Origin: a virus
Taxonomy: Duplodnaviria; Caudoviricetes
IMG/VR virus record: IMGVR_UViG_3300028833_005986
Coordinates: 32,001-96,000 of that record
Direction: 5' to 3' (one strand)
DNA: 64,000 nucleotides
Shown here: positions 56,143 through 64,000 of the stretch, piece after piece
How positions within the stretch are numbered: position 1 is the first letter of the stretch
Layout: each line of letters begins with the position of its first letter
Translations under genes and position numbers: made by a program
The notes under the pieces: generated by a model
Told to the model about the DNA's origin: nothing
What the model saw: only the letters and a program-made list of their open reading frames with translations
Database searches by the model: none

Positions 56143-56391
56143 CAATCCTTTAAGTTTTATAAACAATTCCTTTATTTAAAAAATATTTTTCTTTTTCTTA
56201 AATAAAAATTTTCCTTTAATAAAAATTTTTTTAATAAAAAATTTTATATAAAACTTTTTATAATGATCGATATTATTTATCTAAATCTATTTTTTATTTT
56301 ATATTATTATTTAATAATTATAATTATATATTTTTTATATTAAAAAGAAAAGAGGCGTATTTATATATTATTATTAAATGATTATATACAA

Positions 56392-56619
56392 ATGTATATT
56401 AATCCTCAGCATTGGTATGAAAAGCAAGAAGCTGAAAATATGAAGCAAAAAATTGATAAATATTTAATTATTAAAAATAATGTAGGTTATATACATAATA
56501 GATTATTATCAATACCTATTACAAAATTTGCTATTTATTTAGGTAAAAATATTAATTTACAAAAACAAATTAATGCATTACTTAAAGAAGACTATCAATA
56601 TTTATCTAATATTGTTTAA
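56392..56619 (+). CDS. hypothetical protein
   Basis: ORF track. Confidence 0.45.
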   Translation: MYINPQHWYEKQEAENMKQKIDKYLIIKNNVGYIHNRLLSIPITKFAIYLGKNINLQKQINALLKEDYQYLSNIV

Positions 56620-56624
56620 TTTTA

Positions 56625-57440
56625 TTAATACTTTTTATTAGCGACTCGAATAATTAATTCGTCTGCAAATCTAAAAGTATAAATTTTTTTATGTAATTTA
56701 TGTTGTACTTTTTTACATATGCTTTTTATATTTTCTGTTCTATAGGTAATTAATAATTCATCAATATCATATGAATAAGCATATAATCTTGCCGCAGAAA
56801 TATTATACTTATTTAAATCATTCCAAGTTAATATTTCTACTTGTTCTAATATTTTTGTTAAATCTTTTTCACTTTCATGTTTATATTGGTCATATTCTAA
56901 ACAATATTGTTCTAATAAATCATCATGTAAGCAGTCTCTTTGTAAAATAGATCCGTTAATATATAATACTGCTAATCCGTCAGGATCGAATTCTGGTTCT
57001 AATATTTTATATTTATCATCAACATCATCAATTATTGAAGTTAATTCTTTTTTATGTTTAATAATTTTATAATTTGTTGGAGTATTTAATTTCTTTTTAA
57101 ATGAAATTAATTTTTTATTGATTTTAGATCTAATTGACTCATATATAGGTAATTTACAAATTCTTTTCATATATATAATAAATGATATTGGAGGTAATCG
57201 ATAAATATAATTATCAGGCATTAATGAATCTATTAAATCGTAATCAATAAATATTATTTTTTTACTATATAATAGTTCATGATTATCAATTAATTTATCA
57301 ACATTTATATTATTTATTTTAAATAAATTGGTATTAATAAATTTATTAATATAATCTAAATATAAAGTAATATATTGTTCGTGTAAAACATTATCTAATT
57401 GTTTATGTGTTTTTAATATTATACTCAAAATTAAATTCAC
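56625..57440 (-). CDS. hypothetical protein, distant relative of the 31433/57931 family
   Basis: DGLAVLYING..H..L and C-terminal KKIY....L.IRVA. Confidence 0.6.
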   Translation of the reverse strand: MNLILSIILKTHKQLDNVLHEQYITLYLDYINKFINTNLFKINNINVDKLIDNHELLYSKKIIFIDYDLIDSLMPDNYIYRLPPISFIIYMKRICKLPIYESIRSKINKKLISFKKKLNTPTNYKIIKHKKELTSIIDDVDDKYKILEPEFDPDGLAVLYINGSILQRDCLHDDLLEQYCLEYDQYKHESEKDLTKILEQVEILTWNDLNKYNISAARLYAYSYDIDELLITYRTENIKSICKKVQHKLHKKIYTFRFADELIIRVANKKY

Positions 57441-57567
57441 CCTATAATAAATATTAAATCAAATATAAAAAAATCCTTATTAAATTAATCTTTTATATTA
57501 AAAACTAATTTAATAAGGATTTTTTATTAAAATTTTTTATATTAAGAACTAATTTATTAAGAATTTA

Positions 57568-57855
57568 CTAAGTAAATGCATAACCTAACATATTGTTATT
57601 TAATTTAGCATTTAGCAATTCAATTTCATCACATGAATTATCAAATATTTCATATACAATAATTTGATACTTGTGTCCACGCTTTTCATATTCTGCTTGC
57701 CAAATTTTTTCTTTATCATTAATTAATTCTAATACCTGAATACTATGCATTTGAGCAATATTAATTGCTTCATCCTGTGTATTAAATATACCAATAATAC
57801 ATATTCTAATATTATTAGTATTAATTGTATAATCTTTCTAAACTACAATAAACAT
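57568..57855 (-). pseudogene. small gene with premature TAG at codon 6 (57840-57838)
   Basis: AAGGAG RBS, then ATG TTT ATT GTA GTT TAG AAA GAT..., continuing in frame into ORF 57568..57750. Confidence 0.6.
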
Positions 57856-57930
57856 TTTAGTTCTCCTTATAATTGTATTAATAATACTAACTAAATTTAA
57901 AATAAAAAATATTTATTAATTTATATGCTT

Positions 57931-58929
57931 TTATTTTTTTATAGCTAATCGTTTAAGCTTTCCACCATGTGCTCCATCTGGTGCTAAATATACTTTTTTA
58001 ATTCTTGAATCATTTTTTAATATATTAACTAATTCATTAATTGTATATCCAATTTGTCCTTGATAATCAATAAATACACATGGTTTATACCAATATGCTC
58101 GACCATAATGATAATTGTCATAATTACAATTTTCAGTATTCAATTCATGATGAAAATCTCCATAATTACCAATTAATACATGATCTTTATTATTTTTATC
58201 TCGATAAATAACTACAGGTCCATCGCGTAAATTAGTATTATGTGGATCATAATTAATCTCTCCATAATATTGACCAATTTTATCATCATTATCTAATTCT
58301 AATAAATATTTATTTTTATCTTTTATATGTAATTGATCATATATATCTATAACATAATTTTCTAATTCATTAAAATCATTTTCTAGTACTAAATTAATAG
58401 TTGGCGATAATGATAAAATATTACTTAAAGATAAATTAAAATTTTCTTTACAAAATATATCATCTACAATAAATGCATTAATTAAATTTATTAATTTATT
58501 TCTTATATTTGCTTTAATTTTAATATTATTAATAATTTTAGGTATTAATTGATATATATGTCCACAAATTAATTTACTAAGTCGAGAATATATTTGTTCT
58601 AAATTAATATCTTTACTTCTTTCATTAATTATTTTTTGTATTATATTTTTAAATTGTTTTTTATTATCTTCAACGAAAGATAATAAAATATTTTCAAGAT
58701 TATATTTATATTGTTTATTATTTCTATATTTTTGAATATCAATATTTAATAATTCAGCAATATCAAAATCTTGATTATCTAAATATTCTTTAATACAATT
58801 AACATAATGTTCATTAATTAAATTATAAATATTATCATTTAATTTAAAATCAATACCGAATTCAAAATATAACTCAAAATATTCTTTAAAGGATTTAAAT
58901 AATTTTTCTTTATCCATATTTTTATTCAT
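57931..58929 (-). CDS. hypothetical protein, paralogue of 31433-32455
   Basis: LRDGPVVI..DHVLIGNYGDFH...GGKLKRLAIKK. Confidence 0.75.
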   Translation of the reverse strand: MNKNMDKEKLFKSFKEYFELYFEFGIDFKLNDNIYNLINEHYVNCIKEYLDNQDFDIAELLNIDIQKYRNNKQYKYNLENILLSFVEDNKKQFKNIIQKIINERSKDINLEQIYSRLSKLICGHIYQLIPKIINNIKIKANIRNKLINLINAFIVDDIFCKENFNLSLSNILSLSPTINLVLENDFNELENYVIDIYDQLHIKDKNKYLLELDNDDKIGQYYGEINYDPHNTNLRDGPVVIYRDKNNKDHVLIGNYGDFHHELNTENCNYDNYHYGRAYWYKPCVFIDYQGQIGYTINELVNILKNDSRIKKVYLAPDGAHGGKLKRLAIKK

Positions 58930-58954
58930 TAAAAAATAATTATTAATTTTATAT

Positions 58955-59190
58955 ATAGCAAAATCACGTCAAGCTAAAATTTTAAAAAAGATAATAGCTT
59001 ACGCGCCGACTAATTTTTATTTTTTAAAAATTAACTAGCAATTAATTTACAATATATAGTAATTAATTTATACATAGCGCGATTGATATTCAACGTACCC
59101 AGGATACACATTTCCAGCTATCCACATATCCCAACGGCTTGACTATCCTTTACGTGGGTCATCGCAACCTGCGTGTATCATATGCTCTTC
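58955..59190 (-). ncRNA. unassigned GC-rich structured RNA (~240 nt)
   Basis: Non-coding GC island. Minus-strand stems GATACACG/TGTGTATC, CAGG/CCTG, AATCGCG/CGTGATT, GCGCT/GGCGC, TAAGCTA/TAGCTTG; G.U wobbles favour the minus strand. Confidence 0.6.
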
Positions 59191-59394
59191 TATATATATA
59201 TTAATAATAATATATTTTAAATTAATATTTAATTAATTATCAAATGGAAAAAATTAATTTAAAAAACTCTCTGTATATAAAATAGCATAAATTTGCTATT
59301 TTATTTCGTCTTAAATTGACAATACAATTAGCTTAAAGAATGTTTTTAGAAGAAATTTTTTAGAAGAATATTTTTATATAGAGGTGAATAAATA

Positions 59395-60929
59395 ATGGCT
59401 ATTATTTTAGAAGCTAAAGATGATCTTAATCAGTTTATATTAACAGATTATGAACGCAAACTTATTTATCGCCTCCGCGTTTTACTAAAAGATTTACCAG
59501 ATGATGTTCTTAGAACATTAAATACGTTAGTCGAACAAAATCGCGGAATTAATATTATTAATACTAAACTACATTTTAGAAATTATATTAATTTTTTTAT
59601 GCCGCGAAAAATTATAAAAATTTCAAAGAAATACTAATATATTATTTGAATTATTAATAAAATTATTTAATTAATAATTTCTATATAAGCAACGTATATT
59701 ATTTATAATTAATAAAAAAGAAATATACTAATCTTTTTATATAAAAAGAAAATATATAATAAAATATTTATAAATATAAATGGAACGATGGACAGATCAA
59801 ATGCTAATAAATTACATATATCAATCTTTAGGATATATTAATGCAGCGCCTTTACAAACAGGATATGATTTAACAAATATACCTACAGCATGGGAAAGCC
59901 CACTATTAACCGGTGCAATGGTATTCTCACTTTTAGCAGAAGCTATATTACAGACTGGAAACATCATATAAAATAAATATATTGCTTGTATAGCAATATT
60001 AGTTTTAAATTATTCTCTAGTCAAATAAATTAAAATAATTTCGAGAAATTATTCAATAAATTTAATTCGAAAATATATTATATATATTATATAATAATTG
60101 CAACGCATAATTGAATTTAATATAAACATAAAAAATTATGCTAATCTAAAAAGATAATTTTTAGATAATAATTAATATAATTATTATTTAATACAAAAAG
60201 AAACATTTTCCTATTCAGATAATGGAATCAGTCAAAAATTAAAGGCTGAAATAAAATTTAATTAATTACGAGAATAATATATCTATATTTATTCGTAACT
60301 TATATAAGTTCAAAGACTATATATTAAAATTATTAAAATAAAAAATAGTCTAATTATATAATGCTTTCAATTTCTAATGCTGGACAGTACCAATCTCTAG
60401 CGAACGGATTACTATCCGGCTTTGAGCAACAAATAAAATCTTTAAAAGCATATACAAATATGCTTATACAATTAATTAATTTAATGAAAACACATATATT
60501 ATGTATATATTAAAATAATATTTATTTTTAAATAAATCTTATTTCAGAGCATATAAATATTAATTTATAATAAATGATTTATGCCATTCTATATTAAAAT
60601 TTATAGAATTATATAATAATAAATATATTTTCTTCTTAATTCAAAAAATTTGAGGCCAAATCCGGCTGGAATTTTTCATAAGTTCTTGTATAAATATATT
60701 ATTGCTAAAAATATATATTATATATCAATTAGCATTTATTTAAATATAAATATATTATTTATAAATCAACGACTATATAATATTTATTAATAAAAATATA
60801 GTCTTATTTTAGCATTTGTTAAAAATATTAAATTTATAAATTTAATAAAAAATTCAAAATTGATATGGAGGAATGAATTCAGGAGTCCGAATTCGCTCAT
60901 ATTCCCCGCGAATGTGGGTTTATAGATAA
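59395..60929 (+). CDS. neck/head-completion-like protein, 6 exons (59395-59547, 59783-59960, 60201-60232, 60364-60453, 60653-60672, 60863-60929; 179 aa)
   Basis: Spliced: ..RLRVLLKD..NRG|ERWTDQML..INAAP..LQTG(K/E)TFSYSDNGIS|LSISNAGQYQ..KAY|RPNPAGI|YGGMNSGVRIRSYSPRMWVYR*. Functional label is inferred from the FSYSDNGISL-type motif. Confidence 0.78.
59548..59782 (+). ncRNA. group I-like intron, 235 nt
   Basis: P1 TCGCGG-A / G-CCGCGA (59601-59607); R CAACGTATA, S AATATACT; ends AATG. Confidence 0.82.
59961..60200 (+). ncRNA. group I-like intron, 240 nt (ends uncertain by 1 nt)
   Basis: P1 GACTGG/CTAGTC; R CAACGCATA, S TTATGCT. Confidence 0.78.
60233..60363 (+). ncRNA. group I-like intron, 131 nt
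   Basis: P1 TCAGT/GCTGA (U.G); R TCAAAGACTA, S AATAGTCT; ends AATG. Confidence 0.85.
60454..60652 (+). ncRNA. group I-like intron, ~199 nt
   Basis: P1 AAGCATAT/ATATGCTT; R TCAGAGCATA, S TTATGCC; ends TTTG. Confidence 0.78.
60673..60862 (+). ncRNA. group I-like intron, 190 nt
   Basis: P1 GGAAT/GTTCT (U.G); R TCAACGACTA, S ATATAGTCT; ends ATTG. Confidence 0.85.
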
Positions 60930-61085
60930 GTATATCAAGCATTTTATAATTTTTATAAAAATGAATATAATAATAATTTTTATAAAAATTATATTTATTC
61001 GTGCAAAAAAAAAAAAAGTGACTCTAGAAAATTGAAATAAAATTATAAAATTATATTATTTTTATCATGTATAAAAAACTTATAC

Positions 61086-63866
61086 ATGATTTTTTTATTA
61101 AAAATTTTTTATGAAATTGAGGTAAAAATAATTATGAGTATGACTTTAGAAGAAAAAAGACAATTAGCTATTCAAAGTTTAAAAGAAAAAATGATTAATA
61201 AAATGAAAAAAATAAAATCATCAGATGATACTATAGAGAATATACTCTATAATATATCCGATGAAGCTGAAAGAAATTTATTACGTATATTCAATTATTG
61301 CCACAGGCAATTTGAATATCAATGTAAATATTTCGAATTAAATAATACTATATTTATTCCTAATATTTACTGTAATAAAAATAAAACATTTTATATATTA
61401 AATTTTATTAATCAATATACCGGTTCAGATAGAAAAAAAATAATAAATGAATTTATTAATTTATATCCAAATGAAAAAATAAAACTAATATCATTAAAAC
61501 AATATAGAAAAATAATAAAATGGTTTCGAGATGATATTTTATTTGAAAGTAGTAAATATAAAATTAATTTTAGCTTAGATAATAAAAAAAGAATAAAATG
61601 TAATTATTGCGGAACAAAATTTACATCTAACAATAAAAAAGATAAATATTGTTCTGAAGAATGTGCTATAAATGCACATAATAATAAAACAAATAAATCT
61701 ATAATACGTCATTATTATTCAGGATATTATATGGATATACATCATTATGTTCGATCTGGATGGGAACATAATATAGCACGAATATTACAATGGAGTCAAT
61801 TAAATTATGATTATGAATGCCATACATTCAAATTAAGTAATGGTACTACATATACTCCAGATTTTTATATATATGCTGATAATACATTTTATGAAGTAAA
61901 GGGCGAAATGCGCACAAACACATTAACAAAATATAATATGTTTAAAGAAGAATACCCAGAAAAAAAATTAATAATAATAGACGGAAAGATATATCAAGAC
62001 TTATTAGAGCAGTATACCAATATTGATTTTAACCAATATCAGTATAATCAATATCAAACATTACCATATACTATTAATAATATTAATCAATATAGAGTTT
62101 CTAATATAAAATATGAAATGTGGGAATTAGATTATAAATTTTATACAAATAAGCGCTATAATAATAGTAAATCAATTGCTGCAGATGAAAATATTAATAA
62201 TTTTATTAATATAAAAGAATTAGCAAATAATAATTATTTATTAAAAAACATAGCAATTAAAACTATACGTTATATGCATATTAATAATGAATTTTTTATT
62301 TTTAAGGATGATATACAGATTAATTCTACTAATAAACAAGCTACTATTATTCAGCATAATACTTCTTTACCAGAAATATTTCATAAATGTTTACAAAAAA
62401 TCTTACCTAATAAATATATTGTTATTTGTCAAAATTGTAAAAAACAATATATAAGTAATTATATCGCATATAATAAACCTCAAATTTGCCGTGATTGCTA
62501 TCAAATAATATATAATAATACAGATATTAAACGTCAGCAAGCTAATAAAATGCTTATTAAAAATTTAAAGCATATACACTGGCATATTAATGATAATCAT
62601 ATACAATTTAATAATGAAGCAGAAAATAATTTTGCTTTAATCTTAGAATATTTAAATAATGAATATACATATGAAGATGATTATCGATATATTGACAATT
62701 ATCAATATATTTATCAATTTAATTTTTTTAGAAATAAAAATAATACAATTTATATTTTAGAATTTTGTTTAACTTACACGATTAGACTAAGAGTAAAGTC
62801 ATTTTTAAATGAATATAATGAAAAAGTACATATTATTACGCGCAAAAAATACGAAAGAATCTTAAAATTTTTTAATACAAAAATTAATTTTACTTATAAT
62901 CAATATCCTTTACAATATTATGTATTACATATTTGTCCTATTTGTAATAATAATTTTTATGCTAATATACAACAAATTTATTGTTCTAGTCAATGTAAAC
63001 ATAAAAGCATGAATAAACAATATAAAGAAATAAGAACTAATTTATATCAATATAAGCTTACAGATGAACAATTAAATAATTTACAATGTACTAATTTACA
63101 AGCAACAAACAAAAAATTATTAAAGCAAATGCATAATTTAAATTCTAATAATATTGATATAAATAATATTAATTTACCCAATGAAGAAATTAATTTTATT
63201 AAGGTATTACAATATTTAAAATTAGAATTTTATTATAAAACTGAATATAAAAAATTATCTACTGGAAAAATTTTAATTATGAAATTTTATTTACCAGTAG
63301 ATAATCACTATTATTTTTTAACTTTTGTCTATAATCGTAATTATATTAATAAAATAAAACAATATATAATTGAAAATGAAAATAATAATTGTATATTAAT
63401 TGATAAATATATATATGAACAATTATTACAACAATATAAAAATAAAATTGATTTTATACAAACTACTATTTGTACATTAAATAATAATCAAATAGTAAAT
63501 AAATGTAAATATTGTGGTAAAGAATTATCTACTGTAAAAAAACAGCATTTATATTGTTCTAGAAAATGTTATGAACTGGCTAAACGAAAATATATTAAAA
63601 AATCTTGTATCAATTGTAATAATAAATTTTTAGTATTAGATGATGATATTAATAATCAATATTTTTGTTCTTCAAAATGTGGCGAAGAATATAAACAAAA
63701 AATACAAAATAATAATAAATTATCAGTAATTACTGAAAATAATATAATTAAAAAATTTTATAATACTCAATGCGAGTATTGTCATAAACAGCATTATTAT
63801 TTTGGTACAAGAAAGCACAAATATTGCTCTAATATTTGTAAAAGAAAAACAAATGCTAATAAATAA
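61086..63866 (+). CDS. multidomain protein with four PD-(D/E)XK endonuclease-like repeats (one intact) and several C..C..YCS..C zinc ribbons; start probably 61134
   Basis: RSGWE..IAR.L...YE...F...YTPDFY...EVKG plus three degenerate copies; GAGGT RBS before ATG 61134. Confidence 0.75.
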   Translation: MIFLLKIFYEIEVKIIMSMTLEEKRQLAIQSLKEKMINKMKKIKSSDDTIENILYNISDEAERNLLRIFNYCHRQFEYQCKYFELNNTIFIPNIYCNKNKTFYILNFINQYTGSDRKKIINEFINLYPNEKIKLISLKQYRKIIKWFRDDILFESSKYKINFSLDNKKRIKCNYCGTKFTSNNKKDKYCSEECAINAHNNKTNKSIIRHYYSGYYMDIHHYVRSGWEHNIARILQWSQLNYDYECHTFKLSNGTTYTPDFYIYADNTFYEVKGEMRTNTLTKYNMFKEEYPEKKLIIIDGKIYQDLLEQYTNIDFNQYQYNQYQTLPYTINNINQYRVSNIKYEMWELDYKFYTNKRYNNSKSIAADENINNFINIKELANNNYLLKNIAIKTIRYMHINNEFFIFKDDIQINSTNKQATIIQHNTSLPEIFHKCLQKILPNKYIVICQNCKKQYISNYIAYNKPQICRDCYQIIYNNTDIKRQQANKMLIKNLKHIHWHINDNHIQFNNEAENNFALILEYLNNEYTYEDDYRYIDNYQYIYQFNFFRNKNNTIYILEFCLTYTIRLRVKSFLNEYNEKVHIITRKKYERILKFFNTKINFTYNQYPLQYYVLHICPICNNNFYANIQQIYCSSQCKHKSMNKQYKEIRTNLYQYKLTDEQLNNLQCTNLQATNKKLLKQMHNLNSNNIDINNINLPNEEINFIKVLQYLKLEFYYKTEYKKLSTGKILIMKFYLPVDNHYYFLTFVYNRNYINKIKQYIIENENNNCILIDKYIYEQLLQQYKNKIDFIQTTICTLNNNQIVNKCKYCGKELSTVKKQHLYCSRKCYELAKRKYIKKSCINCNNKFLVLDDDINNQYFCSSKCGEEYKQKIQNNNKLSVITENNIIKKFYNTQCEYCHKQHYYFGTRKHKYCSNICKRKTNANK

Positions 63867-63911
63867 ATATATTTTTTATTTTAATAAAAAACCAATTATT
63901 AATAATAAAAT

Positions 63912-63945
63912 AAAAAGGAATATAAAGAATAATATTCCTTTTTAT
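63912..63945 (+). terminator. intrinsic terminator
   Basis: AAAAAGGAATAT..ATATTCCTTTTT. Confidence 0.7.
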
Positions 63946-64000
63946 TTTATATTTTATAAAATTATTGAGTATTAATTTATAATTTTTGCATTAATCTTTT

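Noticed and set aside
59316-59345. TTGACA as a sigma70 promoter
   Set aside because: No good -10 hexamer at 16-18 nt spacing; AT richness makes promoter calls unreliable.
1-64000. Genome-wide stop-codon reassignment as the cause of fragmented genes
   Set aside because: Long genes are intact in code 11 and pyrG and dnaB end at TAG where expected; breaks involve 130-290-nt insertions with multiple TAA stops and frame changes.
1-64000. Fragmented genes as pseudogenes or assembly errors
   Set aside because: Inserts share covarying P7 boxes, mostly show P1 pairing, end in G, and excise in frame in all nine genes.

Overview
Very AT-rich segment of a large (jumbo-type) tailed phage genome. The host is probably a Firmicute; the LPS heptosyltransferase-like gene hints at a diderm Negativicute, which is inference. 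The left half carries DNA/nucleotide metabolism genes (HU, NAD-dependent ligase, Thg1-like, CTP synthase, CHC2 zinc-finger primase subunit, DnaB, DnaC-like loader, SF2 helicase) and a family of small paralogues. The right half carries virion and lysis genes (baseplate-like proteins, muramidase, holin-like protein, 2285-aa tail fibre, neck/head-completion-like protein). The main feature is not visible in the ORF track: 17 group I-like introns interrupt 9 genes. Fifteen are ORF-less, extremely AT-rich and only 131-290 nt. Two (~1.9 kb) carry an IS607-type tnpB (IStron-like, no transposase). All 17 keep a covarying P7 (R/S) helix. Removing them restores continuous reading frames, including two genes cut into 5 and 6 exons with micro-exons of 20-32 nt. 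Several 5' splice sites appear to lack the canonical U.G pair. Also present: a class 3 intein 6 nt from an intron inside a helicase Walker A motif, an IscB-type omegaRNA (HEARO), a 137-bp IscB-element remnant between an RBS and its start codon, and an unassigned ~240-nt GC-rich structured RNA. All splice junctions were deduced by hand from P1 pairing, terminal G and reading frame, and need RNA validation.
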